Notes under the pieces: generated by a model | Seen by the model: the letters and a program-made list of their open reading frames with translations, nothing else | The model's database searches: none | Told to the model about the DNA's origin: nothing | In this document: one piece after another, positions 18,393 through 28,280 of the stretch | How positions within the stretch are numbered: the first letter of the stretch is position 1 | Layout of the letters: every line of letters starts with the position of its first letter | Source: Chthonomonas calidirosea | GTDB taxonomy: Bacteria > Armatimonadota > Fimbriimonadia > Fimbriimonadales > Fimbriimonadaceae | Length of the DNA stretch: 58,086 nt | Assembly: GCA_945859975.1 (NCBI GenBank) | Contig: CAMAPH010000016.1 | Location: forward strand, 1-58,086 | Direction of reading: 5' to 3' | Translations under genes and position numbers: made by a program

Positions 18393-20237
18393 ATGGCCAG
18401 ACGATCCTTGAACGAAACCGTGAACGAGCGGCTGGAGAAGCTCCCGGCCACTCCGGGTTGCTACATCTACAAGGACGAGAAGGGTGCCGTGCTGTATGTC
18501 GGCAAGGCGATTTCGCTCAAGAACCGGGTTCGGAGCTATTTCCAAGCTTCCGCCAAGCATGGCCCGCGTATCGCACGGCTGGTCGGCAAGGTCCGCGATA
18601 TCGAATGGATTGTCGTGGACACCGAGTTGGAAGCGCTCGTGCTTGAGTGCAACCTCATCAAGCAGTATCGGCCCCCGTACAACGTCCGGCTTCGCGACGA
18701 CAAGTCGTACCCTTACGTCGCGATCACGAACGAAGCTTTTCCTCGCTTGATTTTTACGCGAAAGGTTCGAAAGGATGGCGCAAAGTACTTCGGTCCGTTC
18801 ACGAGCGCTTTCGCGGTGCGGGACACGATCCAGCTGCTCCACAAGATCTTTCCGTTGATCCCGTGCGGAAAGAGCTGGACCGGTGCGGAGGTGCAGAAGC
18901 CGTGCTTGTACTTCCACCTCGGACGCTGCCTCGCACCTTGCGCGGGTAAGAGCGATCAGGCCGAGTACAAGAAAATCCTCGACAAAGTGGAGCGGTTCCT
19001 CCAAGGGAAAGAGGAAAGCATTGTCGCTGACCTCACCGCGGATATGGAGAAGGCAGCGGAGAACCTTGACTTCGAGAAAGCTGCCGGGATTCGAGACCAG
19101 ATCCTCGCGATCGAAAAGGTGCTTCAACGCCAGAAGGTGCTGAGTTCCGATGCCGTGGATCAAGACGTCATCGCAGTCGTGAAAGACGAACGTGGCGCGG
19201 CGATTCAGATGTTGTACATCCGAGGCGGAAAGCTCATTGGGCAGCGGCAGTACATGCTGGATGGCGCCATGGAGGTTCCGCCCGCCGAAGCGGTGCAGGA
19301 ATTTGTGAAGCAGTACTATGCCGACGCGCCGGAGATTCCGCGCGAGATTTTGCTGCCGCTCGAAATTGAAGAGCGAAACATCGTGCAGACCTGGCTTCGC
19401 CAGAAACGCGGATCGACCATGACGGTCGAAGTTCCGCAGACGGGAGAAAAAGCGCGCCTCGTCGATCTTGCGGCGGCCAACGCGGAACAGGCCCTCAACC
19501 AGTTCTCCCAAGAGATGGCGAAAAAGGAAGCCTGGGTCGAAGAGGCACTTGTGCAGCTTCAGGAAGCACTCGGTTTGCCGACTTTGCCGTCGCGAATCGA
19601 GGGCTACGATATCTCCAACATCCAAGGCACCGCACCGGTTGGCAGCATGGTGGTTACGGAGAACGGTGAGCCAGCGAAGGCGGAGTACCGGCGATTCAAG
19701 ATCAAGTGGTTGCCCGAGGTGCCGAACGACTTCGCGATGATGAATGAAGTCCTGATGCGGAGGCTCCGGGCTTACACCGACGGCGACGAAAAGTTCGCCA
19801 AGCTCCCGGACCTGATCCTGATCGACGGCGGAAAGCCGCAGTTGAGCGCAGCGCTTAAGGCCAGGGATGAATTCGGCATGACCGTGCCGATGGTCGGCCT
19901 CGCCAAGCGGCACGAACTGCTGTACATGCTCGACGAGAACGGCTTCCGCGAGATCGAACTGCCGCTCAATTCCCCGGGCTTGATGCTGCTTCGGCGCCTG
20001 CGAGACGAGGCCCACCGGTTCGCTTTGAGCTTCCACCGAAAGATTCGCGACAAGCGGATGGGCGGCTCGGCGTTGGAAGAAATCCCAGGCGTAGGGCCTC
20101 GGCGTCGACGATTGTTATTGCGAACGTTTGGCTCGATCGACGCGATTCGGCGAGCGACCATTGAAGACCTAGCTTCTGTTCCCACGATGACCAACGCGCT
20201 CGCTGCAAAAGTTAAGGATTATCTTCAAGAAGCCTAA
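18393..20237 (+). CDS. uvrC: Excinuclease ABC subunit C
   Basis: GIY-YIG domain (PGCY, LYVGKA.SLKNRVRSYF, EALVLE.NLIK...PPYN), UVR domain, RIEGYDISN, LILIDGGKPQL, RDEAHRFA, HhH. Confidence 0.98.
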   Translation: MARRSLNETVNERLEKLPATPGCYIYKDEKGAVLYVGKAISLKNRVRSYFQASAKHGPRIARLVGKVRDIEWIVVDTELEALVLECNLIKQYRPPYNVRLRDDKSYPYVAITNEAFPRLIFTRKVRKDGAKYFGPFTSAFAVRDTIQLLHKIFPLIPCGKSWTGAEVQKPCLYFHLGRCLAPCAGKSDQAEYKKILDKVERFLQGKEESIVADLTADMEKAAENLDFEKAAGIRDQILAIEKVLQRQKVLSSDAVDQDVIAVVKDERGAAIQMLYIRGGKLIGQRQYMLDGAMEVPPAEAVQEFVKQYYADAPEIPREILLPLEIEERNIVQTWLRQKRGSTMTVEVPQTGEKARLVDLAAANAEQALNQFSQEMAKKEAWVEEALVQLQEALGLPTLPSRIEGYDISNIQGTAPVGSMVVTENGEPAKAEYRRFKIKWLPEVPNDFAMMNEVLMRRLRAYTDGDEKFAKLPDLILIDGGKPQLSAALKARDEFGMTVPMVGLAKRHELLYMLDENGFREIELPLNSPGLMLLRRLRDEAHRFALSFHRKIRDKRMGGSALEEIPGVGPRRRRLLLRTFGSIDAIRRATIEDLASVPTMTNALAAKVKDYLQEA

Positions 20238-20285
20238 CAAAATTTTCCGATCCTGAAGCCAAATCTTGCTGTAATATGTGCGAGC

Positions 20286-20322
20286 CTCGGCAACGGTGAC
20301 GAGCAGATTCCCAACGACGGGA
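20286..20322 (+). promoter_or_regulatory. ANTAR-binding dual-hairpin RNA motif in the gltB 5' leader
   Basis: CTCGGC-AACGGT-GACGAG (one mismatch), 5-nt linker, then TCCC-AACGAC-GGGA. Both loops are hexamers with A1 and G4 closed by C-G. A -10-like TGcTGTAAT lies at 20267-20275. Confidence 0.75.
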
Positions 20323-20336
20323 CGTTCTGAGCCTCA

Positions 20337-23300
20337 ATGTTTCAAGTCATTCGTCACGGACGCCCTCATCTCGAAGCCGACGCTTGCGGCATCGGATTTC
20401 TTGCAAGTCGAAAAGGAGTTGCCGACCGCACCGTTGTTCAGCACGCCCTTGAACTGTGCCGTCAATTCGACCACCGCGGCGCTCCTGGGCATGGAGCCGG
20501 TGTGCAGTTGGACATCCCCTGGCCGCTCCTTCTCGATCGGTTTCCTGACCACGCAAAGCTCATCGCGCAACAGGACTTGGCGCTCGGAATGTTTTTCCTT
20601 CCGTTGGAAACCACAGACCGTCGTCGCTGCACCGCCATCGTAGAGGAACTCGCTCACCTTGCCGGGTCGGAGGTTCTGCAGTGGGCAGAAGTGCCGATTA
20701 ACCCGGATGCGTTGCCCGAAGGCAGCTCTGCCCGCATGACGATGCCAAAGGTGAGACAGGCGATCTTCCGCCGACCCGAGGGAATGAGCGAGGACGGTTG
20801 GTTTGCTTGTCGGTACTTGCTTCGTCTCGCGATTGATGAGGAGGCGAACAAGATGTATGGCGACAACTTTGCCATCGTCAGTCTCTCGAACCGAACGGTT
20901 GTGTATAAGGGCCTTGCCGAACTCTCAAAAATCGGCGACCTGTATCCCGATCTCCAAGACCCGCATTTCCGCTCTCGGTACGTTCTGTTCCATAGTCGGT
21001 ACTGCACCAACACCACCACCGCATGGCGTCGCGCTCAGCCGTTCTGGGCTCTGGCGCACAACGGTGAAATTTCGACCATCCAGGGGAACGTTGCTTGGAT
21101 GCAGGCGATTGGCCGCGACCTCATTGCAAACCTCGTTGAGCAGTTCCCGTCGATCCAAAAGCTCGCCAGTCGCATCACGAGCGTCGTGTGCCCGGGTGGA
21201 TCAGATACCGCGAATCTGGACGATATGCTGATCGCCCTTCTCGCGGGCGGCATGAATGTGCCGCAGGCGATTCTCGCATTGCTTCCGCAAGCGACCAGCA
21301 CGCTGCCGGACGGTTCGCCCCTTCGCAAATTCAACGAGGCCATGGAAGTCTTCCTCGGCGCGTGCGACGGACCTGCAGCGATCGTCGCCTGCGATGGGGA
21401 TGATGCCGTCGCCCACCTCGACCGAAATGGTCTGCGGCCGCTTTGGATGACGGTGACGAAGGACTTTGCCTTTGCGAGCAGCGAGCCGACGGGCACCTTC
21501 CCGCTTGGGCCATTCCAGTCTCAGCGCATCATGGGTCCGGGCGAAACGATGCTCGTTCACCTCGCAGATGGCGCGATCCTTACCAACGAACAGGTTCACG
21601 ACGAAGTTGGCCGCAAGGACTATCCCGGTCTCCCTCACGATGTCGTTCCGCTCTCGAGCGCTGAAGAGATTCCTGAATTCGGAGACCTGACTCGGCTGCA
21701 ACGGGCCTTTGGGATGGGTAAGGAAGACATCGACGTCGTCCTCGCACCGCTGCTCAAGACCGGCAAGCCTGCGGTCGGCTCGATGGGAGACGACACTTCT
21801 CCCGCCGCCATTCTGGACCACTTCCCGCGCCGGATCGAAGACTACTTTGCGCTCCGATTTGCTCAAGAAACCAGCCCACCGATTGACCCGATTCGGGACG
21901 CGTGGGTGTTCGATTCCAGCGCTTCCATCGGTAACAGATCTGGACTTTTCGGTGGTGAAGAAGGGCTGGTCTTCCGCTCCGAGCATCGCGTCATTTCCCT
22001 CGGCGAATGCGCTTGGTTATCTTCCCAGGCTAGTGCTCACGTGCTAGATGCGACCTTCGATGCCGCAACCGGAAGCGAAGGTCTAGAAGCGCGTCTTTCG
22101 GAGTTGGTCGCCGAGGCGTCCGCCCTTGATGCCACGGTCCTCATCTTGAGTGACCGAAATGTTGATGCCGGTCGAGTGGCGGTACCGATGTTGCGCCTCG
22201 TTTCGCGGCTTCATGAAGCGTTGATCCAAGAAAACCGTCGTCACCGCGTCGGACTCGTCGCGGATGCCGGAGTGTGGGACATCCACCACTGCGCGTTGCT
22301 GGTGAGCGTCGGGGCAGACGTGGTGTGTCCTTGGCTCGGTGCTGCTTCGAGCGGCGAAGAGGAATACAACTATCTAAAAGGTATTCGCTCAGGATTCGTC
22401 GAGGTGATGTCGATGATGGGCGTCACGCCGTCTTCGGCTTACTGTGGCGCGCGATTGATCGAAGCTATTGGACTCGACAAGGACTTTCTTGCTCGGGAGT
22501 TTCCGAATGTTCCCGGACACCTGGAAGGCATTGGGGTCGACACCCTCAATTCGGAGTGGCTGCAATTCCACGCGGAAGCGTTCGTCGAAGAGTGCGCCCT
22601 GCCCGACTTTGGCGAATATCGGCACACCAAGTCTGGACGCGCCCATGCGAATAATGCCGACATCGTTCGGAATCTTCAGTCCGCTACGGGTTACTCCAAG
22701 AAGATTCACGAAGGAAAACCCGGGACTTACGAGGCTTATCAAACCTACGCAAAGTTGGTCAGCGAGCGAACGCCGATCACGCTTTTGGACTGTCTCCACC
22801 TGAAGCCCGGCTCACCCATCCCGATTGAGGAAGTGGAATCGGAGCTTTCGATTGCGTGGCGGTTCATGGCACCCGGGATGAGCGAAGGCGCCCTGAGTTC
22901 GCCCGCGCACATGGCGGTTGCGAGCGGTCTGAATCTCCTGCGCCGCTACATTTCGGTCTTCGAGAAGTCGGCAACCCTAAGCGGCATTGGCCCGATTGCG
23001 AACAGCGGTGAAGGTGGGTTTGAGAAAGAGCGCATCGGGACTCGCTTCGGTAACCGAAGCGTGCAGTATTCCGGCGGGCGCTTCACGATCACTCCCTGGA
23101 CCGCGGCCACCGCACTGGAAGCAGAAGTGAAGTTTGCCCAAGGGGCCAAGCCCGGAAAGGGCGGACAACTGCCCGGCAAAAAGGTCTCGGTCCAAGTGGC
23201 CCGACAGCGTGGATGCGAACCCGGTTACGAGCTCATTAGCCCGCCGATTAACCACAATCTCTACTCGATTGAGGACGTCAAGCTGATGATCGAGAGCTGG

Positions 23301-24764
23301 CGTCACTTGAACCCCAAAGTTAACTGCGCGTTGAAGTTTGTCGCCACCCACGGCATCGAAATGGTTGTGATGGGCGGCGTAAACGCCGGAGCCAACCGAT
23401 TGCACATCAGCGACGGATGCGGCGGTACCGGTGCGGCCAAGCGGGTCGACCAAAAGCACGCCGGAATTCCGGTTGCGGCGGTTTTGCCGAATGTCCACGA
23501 GACCTTGCTGGAAGAAGGCGTGCGGCACCTCGTCGAGATCAGCGTCGATGGCGGCGTTCAGAATGGAGAGCAGGCGCTAAAGTTGATCCACCTGGGTGCG
23601 GACCGAGTTGGGATTGGCACGAGCTTGCTTATTGCCGTGGGTTGCTCGATGCTTCGAAAGTGCCACCTTGCGGGACCAGATCCAGCGGATCCCACCGGAA
23701 AGCGGCGTCTCGGCTGCGCGCCAGGAGTTGCTACGCAAGACCCAGCGCTCGTCGCAAAGTTCCAAGGGAAAGGGAAGCACGTAGCGCGGTACCTGCTGTT
23801 CATGGCCCGCGAAGTGCGTGAGCTGATGGCGGCAAACGGGATTCGCAGCCTGAGCGAGATCGTCGGTCGGCGGGATCGCCTTGAGCCGAAGCCTTGTCTC
23901 ACCGGAAAGTCAGCCCAGCTTGATTTCGGCGTGCTGCTAGCACCACCGATTTCCCGGGAAAGTAAGCGCGACTACGCGTTGCAAACCCGGAGCCACGCGC
24001 CAACTTTGCGGGCGCAGGAGCTTGCGGCGGCCGAAGTTGCGCTACGAGGAGAAAGCGATCAGCTCACTGAGCAACTCGCGAATGTCGACCGATGCGTTGG
24101 CATCGCGGCGGCTGGTCAGATCGCACGGGCAAAGGGTGACCTTGGATTAACCGAGGGCAAGCTCGAAATGCACCACACCGGTGCGGCGGGCCACTATTAC
24201 GGCGCCTATCTGGTCAACGGGATGGATCTGCGCCTCACGGGATCGGTAGCCGACTCGGCCTTCACGGCGGCATACGGCGGAAAGCTAGTGATCCGACAAG
24301 CCGAGGGCCAAACTGGTCTCACCGTGGTTGGTAACGCGTTTGGCTACGGTGCCCGTGGAGGCTCGGCCTTCATTGCGGGTCGTGCCGGGAACCGGTTTGG
24401 CGTTTGCTTCCGAAAGAACCCGGAAGGTGGCGGCCCCACGGTTGTTGTAGAAGGCGTGGAATCAAACGCGTTCCAATACATGACCGGTGGCGTTGCCGTT
24501 GTACTCGGTCCCACTGGCTTCAACTTGGGCGCCGGAATGACAGGAGGGAAGGTGTATCTCCTGGCAGCCGACCTTGCCAACCTGAACCCAGATTACGTTC
24601 ACGCCATTGCACTAGACGAGTCCGATCTAGCGCTTGTACAAGATCTGATTCAACGGCACATCGTTGACACAGGTAGCGAAATCGCGAAGAAGGCTCTGAG
24701 CAAAGTATCGAACGAGCATTTTGTGAAGGTGGTCACCAAACTACTGCCCGAGTCACTCGAATGA
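20337..24764 (+). CDS. gltB: Glutamate synthase large subunit (divergent; no adjacent gltD)
   Basis: Propeptide then DA|CGIG (Ntn Cys), AHNGEI, DRNGLRP, SMGDD, FAQ.T.PPIDPIR, NSGEGG, AQGAKPG.GGQLPG.KV, YSIED, GGTGAA, three-Cys cluster motif, C-terminal GXGXG domain. Confidence 0.93.
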   Translation: MFQVIRHGRPHLEADACGIGFLASRKGVADRTVVQHALELCRQFDHRGAPGHGAGVQLDIPWPLLLDRFPDHAKLIAQQDLALGMFFLPLETTDRRRCTAIVEELAHLAGSEVLQWAEVPINPDALPEGSSARMTMPKVRQAIFRRPEGMSEDGWFACRYLLRLAIDEEANKMYGDNFAIVSLSNRTVVYKGLAELSKIGDLYPDLQDPHFRSRYVLFHSRYCTNTTTAWRRAQPFWALAHNGEISTIQGNVAWMQAIGRDLIANLVEQFPSIQKLASRITSVVCPGGSDTANLDDMLIALLAGGMNVPQAILALLPQATSTLPDGSPLRKFNEAMEVFLGACDGPAAIVACDGDDAVAHLDRNGLRPLWMTVTKDFAFASSEPTGTFPLGPFQSQRIMGPGETMLVHLADGAILTNEQVHDEVGRKDYPGLPHDVVPLSSAEEIPEFGDLTRLQRAFGMGKEDIDVVLAPLLKTGKPAVGSMGDDTSPAAILDHFPRRIEDYFALRFAQETSPPIDPIRDAWVFDSSASIGNRSGLFGGEEGLVFRSEHRVISLGECAWLSSQASAHVLDATFDAATGSEGLEARLSELVAEASALDATVLILSDRNVDAGRVAVPMLRLVSRLHEALIQENRRHRVGLVADAGVWDIHHCALLVSVGADVVCPWLGAASSGEEEYNYLKGIRSGFVEVMSMMGVTPSSAYCGARLIEAIGLDKDFLAREFPNVPGHLEGIGVDTLNSEWLQFHAEAFVEECALPDFGEYRHTKSGRAHANNADIVRNLQSATGYSKKIHEGKPGTYEAYQTYAKLVSERTPITLLDCLHLKPGSPIPIEEVESELSIAWRFMAPGMSEGALSSPAHMAVASGLNLLRRYISVFEKSATLSGIGPIANSGEGGFEKERIGTRFGNRSVQYSGGRFTITPWTAATALEAEVKFAQGAKPGKGGQLPGKKVSVQVARQRGCEPGYELISPPINHNLYSIEDVKLMIESWRHLNPKVNCALKFVATHGIEMVVMGGVNAGANRLHISDGCGGTGAAKRVDQKHAGIPVAAVLPNVHETLLEEGVRHLVEISVDGGVQNGEQALKLIHLGADRVGIGTSLLIAVGCSMLRKCHLAGPDPADPTGKRRLGCAPGVATQDPALVAKFQGKGKHVARYLLFMAREVRELMAANGIRSLSEIVGRRDRLEPKPCLTGKSAQLDFGVLLAPPISRESKRDYALQTRSHAPTLRAQELAAAEVALRGESDQLTEQLANVDRCVGIAAAGQIARAKGDLGLTEGKLEMHHTGAAGHYYGAYLVNGMDLRLTGSVADSAFTAAYGGKLVIRQAEGQTGLTVVGNAFGYGARGGSAFIAGRAGNRFGVCFRKNPEGGGPTVVVEGVESNAFQYMTGGVAVVLGPTGFNLGAGMTGGKVYLLAADLANLNPDYVHAIALDESDLALVQDLIQRHIVDTGSEIAKKALSKVSNEHFVKVVTKLLPESLE

Positions 24765-24857
24765 CAATGGATCAGCGGTTTAGGATCAAAGAATCGAATG
24801 GGTTAGTACCGCTTTAGAGGTACGTTAGAGCACAAGGCAAGCACCAATTATTTGCAT

Positions 24858-27776
24858 GTGCGTCTACACTTTTTGGCTTTGTCATTGCTTGGATTGCTGG
24901 CTTCTTCGAGCTCGGCGATTGGTGCCGATCACCTGCCGTCCCAGTCGAGCAATTTGTCAGACATTTCAGACAGGCTAGCGCGAGGTTTTGATCAAACGGG
25001 AACGGGGTACATCGCTCGGCAACCTAATCGGTTTTCCGCGGAGTTTTCGAACACCGGCGCAGTGAAGCTCCGGGCGAACGCTGATAGCATCGCCATTCGA
25101 ACCGTTGCGTTTGGAAGCGGAGCATCACGAGTAGCCACTGGCGCGGCTCAAGTCAGCCGAGGCGTGGACAATTTCGGTTGGCCAAGGCTGAACCTCACGC
25201 GACCCAATTTCCGGGAGTGGTATGTCAATGAACGCGCGGGATTGCACCACTGGATGCAAGTTCAAAGCAAGCCAGGAATCGGCCAAAACCTGTGGGTCAA
25301 GTTGGCCGTCAATGGCGCTACCGGTCTCGAACAGATTGACGAGCAAACGGTGGAGTTCAAAACCTCGACGGCCAAGTTTTCCTATGCTGGCCTTTCGGTT
25401 TGGGATGCCAACGGAACCATGCTTCCTGCTCATCTGGAAGCCGCGAACGACGCGATGTACGTTGTGGTCGATGACCAAAACGCTCAGTATCCGGTGACCA
25501 TCGACCCCGTCTGGACGCAGCAGGCCAAGCTCATTGCCAGCGACGGCGCGAACAGCGACCAATTTGGATTCAGCGTTGCCGTATCTGGCAATTTGGCGGT
25601 CATTGGTGCACCCTACGTTAACCTGCCCGGCAGTGACTTCGGTGCAGCGTACGTTTACCGTCGAGAGGGCGTGACTTGGACTCAAGAGGCCAAGCTCGTG
25701 GCGTCCGACGGTGCTAGCGGTGACTACTTGGGTTACAGCGTCGGGATCTCCGGCGAAACCGTGGTGCTGGGCGCATATGGTGACGGTGGTGGCTCCGCTT
25801 ATGTTTTCGTGCGGAATGGTACGTCCTGGTCGCAACAGCAAAAGTTGGTTGGCAATGATACGGGATCTTCTGACCAGTTTGGTTTTGCGGTCGGAATTTC
25901 TGGCAACACGGTAATCGTTGGTGCCCGGAACGCGGATCCAGGTGGAAGCAATCGCGGGGCTGGATACGTGTTTGTCCGAAGTGGTAGCACTTGGACCCAA
26001 CAGGCGAAGCTCACCGCAAGCGATGGTCGTAACTCGGATCAGCTCGGCTACAGCGTTGGGATTTCCGGCGACCGAGTTGTGATGGGCGCTTATGGTGTTG
26101 ATGCTGGAGCGACAAACGGTGGCGCCGCCTACGTTTATGAGCGGAGCGGAAACACATGGACGCAGGCATTAAAGTTCGTCGCTCCAGACGCCGGCCCCAA
26201 CGATCGACTCGGTTTTAGCTGTGCCATGTCTGGCGATACTTTCATCACGGGTGCTCGATTTGCCGATACCGGAGGCACTGACCGTGGTGCCGCGTATGTT
26301 GTGTCCAAGGCATCTGGCTCGTGGGCAATGCAAGCCAAGCTGGCGGCAAGCAATGCGACGAACGGCGATAACTTCGGCTTTGCCGTGGGTATCTCGGGAG
26401 ACCTCGCGGTGGTCGGCGCGTTCAGCTCGGACATTGGCGGATCAAATCGCGGGGCGGCCTACTCCTACACTCGTACGGCGGGAGTTTGGGGATCGGAATC
26501 TTTGATCCTGGCTGCAGACAGTGCGAACGGAAATCAATTCGGCTGCAGTGTGAGCATCGATGGAGAGTCCGTTCTCGTTGGCGCGCGACTTGCCGATCCA
26601 GGCGGTTCCAACCGAGGTGCGGCTTACGCTTACGCGGTCTACCGGACCATGTTGATTAGTTTTGCGACCCAAGGGGTAACGACCAGTAAGGCAACCACGG
26701 GCACGGTTACGATCAGCAGCGCATCCGCAACCGACACCGTCATCAATCTTTCCAGCAGCACACCGGCTTTGGCGGTTCCAAGCACCGTCACCGTTCCGGC
26801 CGGGTCCACGTCGGCGACCTTCCCGGTTTCTGCCGGTAGCGTAAATGCAGATACAACCGTGACGGTAACGGGTACGGCGACGGCGTTCACGTCTGGGACC
26901 GGAACGATTATCGTCCGCATCCCTCGAGTTGGGGCAGTCACGTTTGACCGTACGCAAGTAGAAACGGGGCAAACGGCGACGGCAACCATTTTGCTGCAGG
27001 CACCGGCTCCTGCCGGCGGAATGACCGTCAACCTGAGCAACTCGATGCCGAGCGCGCTCGATTGCCCGGCGACTGTTTCGGTACCGATGGGGGCCACGCG
27101 TGCTTCCGTACTGGTCACAGGAAAGCCCGTCCCGACGGACTTCACGGCTAAAGTTACGGCAACTCCTACGTTCAGCGAAAAGTCGGCCACGATTCTCGTC
27201 AAGCATGGCGCAGTCTTGAGCGCGTTCAGTTTCCAGGAGTCCAGCATCTCCACCTTCGGAAGCACGGTGGGAATGGTCACCCTCACGGCCCCGGCGCCGG
27301 TCGGTGGGGTTGAGATCGCCCTGAGCACAAGTTCAAACCGCTTGACGGTTCCCGCAACCGTCACCGTGCCAGAAGGGGCCACATCGGCTACCTTCCCCGC
27401 AGAGAGCGGTGCGCTATCGCATCCATCAGTCGTTGTTCAGGCATCCAGCAGTGGAGTGACTCGCACAAGTTCTGTCGCCATCGTGCGTAGCGCGATCACC
27501 TCGGTCACCGCTCCGTCCAGCGTTGTCTCTGGAGACTCAGCAATCATGACCATCTCTATCACCGGGGTTGCTCCGGCAAGCGGGACGGTTGTGACGCTTG
27601 GCACAGACGCCCCGGCTGTGGCGTCACTGCCCGCTTCGGTCATCATTCCAGCCGGTCAAAGCTCGGTGCAGGTGACGGTTAGCACGACTCTTGGTAAGCG
27701 TGGGCGAGTGAACCTCTACGCAAATCTCCAGGGTCAAGGCACCAAGAGCGCTCGAATGGAAGTCACGGAGAACTAG
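24858..27776 (+). CDS. Secreted FG-GAP (integrin-like beta-propeller) protein with C-terminal Ig-like repeats
   Basis: Signal peptide; N-terminal domain ending YPVTIDP; seven W.Q.AKL.ASDG...D.FG.SV.ISG...V.GA...GAAYV repeats; repeated P.TVTVP.G.TSATF units. Start could also be the TTG at 24852. Confidence 0.85.
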   Translation: MRLHFLALSLLGLLASSSSAIGADHLPSQSSNLSDISDRLARGFDQTGTGYIARQPNRFSAEFSNTGAVKLRANADSIAIRTVAFGSGASRVATGAAQVSRGVDNFGWPRLNLTRPNFREWYVNERAGLHHWMQVQSKPGIGQNLWVKLAVNGATGLEQIDEQTVEFKTSTAKFSYAGLSVWDANGTMLPAHLEAANDAMYVVVDDQNAQYPVTIDPVWTQQAKLIASDGANSDQFGFSVAVSGNLAVIGAPYVNLPGSDFGAAYVYRREGVTWTQEAKLVASDGASGDYLGYSVGISGETVVLGAYGDGGGSAYVFVRNGTSWSQQQKLVGNDTGSSDQFGFAVGISGNTVIVGARNADPGGSNRGAGYVFVRSGSTWTQQAKLTASDGRNSDQLGYSVGISGDRVVMGAYGVDAGATNGGAAYVYERSGNTWTQALKFVAPDAGPNDRLGFSCAMSGDTFITGARFADTGGTDRGAAYVVSKASGSWAMQAKLAASNATNGDNFGFAVGISGDLAVVGAFSSDIGGSNRGAAYSYTRTAGVWGSESLILAADSANGNQFGCSVSIDGESVLVGARLADPGGSNRGAAYAYAVYRTMLISFATQGVTTSKATTGTVTISSASATDTVINLSSSTPALAVPSTVTVPAGSTSATFPVSAGSVNADTTVTVTGTATAFTSGTGTIIVRIPRVGAVTFDRTQVETGQTATATILLQAPAPAGGMTVNLSNSMPSALDCPATVSVPMGATRASVLVTGKPVPTDFTAKVTATPTFSEKSATILVKHGAVLSAFSFQESSISTFGSTVGMVTLTAPAPVGGVEIALSTSSNRLTVPATVTVPEGATSATFPAESGALSHPSVVVQASSSGVTRTSSVAIVRSAITSVTAPSSVVSGDSAIMTISITGVAPASGTVVTLGTDAPAVASLPASVIIPAGQSSVQVTVSTTLGKRGRVNLYANLQGQGTKSARMEVTEN
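25512..26636 (+). repeat. Seven intragenic FG-GAP repeats (~54 aa each)
   Basis: Visible periodicity in the translated protein. Confidence 0.8.
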
Positions 27777-28279
27777 AACAGACTCGCTTGAGGGGGAATC
27801 GATTCCACTGCGACCACTCGTTGCGGAACCGGTTCCCCTTCGTCGTTTAAGTGCATCAACTCCACGCCGCGGTCCAAAAGCGCGGGCCCGAGCAGTCGTG
27901 AGCGATGACAGCGGTGCGGTCGGAGACAGCCGCACATCAAGCACAAGAACCGGTCTGGACTCTCAGCCGCTTTCAACAGTCGATCGATCCCAAGCGCAAG
28001 TTTCGGTTCGTCGAAAAGGGGTGGTAACTCCACGGTCTCGGGATCTTTGCACAGCACCGGGCTGTCGGCAATTCCGCCCAGGGTGTCGCCCATGTAGACA
28101 TAGCGAAGACCGGTCGGTGGTACGAGGCGTTCTAGGTTCTCGCGCCGAAAATCAGTCCAGTAGCTGGATTGCGGCACGCTGCGGACATCAACAAGGTGAG
28201 TCACCCGGTGCCGCTTCATCAGCTCGATGAACGCTGGAAAGCCCCGGTTGCCGTAGCCGGCGGTCAGGATCGGGTTCAA
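27773..28279 (-). CDS. DUF488 family protein
   Basis: TAGYGNR, LVDVRSVP.S, Y..MGD.LGG, LMC....P..CHR. Confidence 0.85.
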   Translation of the reverse strand: MNPILTAGYGNRGFPAFIELMKRHRVTHLVDVRSVPQSSYWTDFRRENLERLVPPTGLRYVYMGDTLGGIADSPVLCKDPETVELPPLFDEPKLALGIDRLLKAAESPDRFLCLMCGCLRPHRCHRSRLLGPALLDRGVELMHLNDEGEPVPQRVVAVESIPPQASLF

Positions 28280-28280
28280 G

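Noticed and set aside
18333..20036. 567-aa minus-strand ORF
   Set aside because: Antisense shadow of uvrC
25512..26636. Periodic repeats as a possible CRISPR array
   Set aside because: Degenerate in-frame protein repeats (FG-GAP); no identical DNA repeats with spacers and no cas genes
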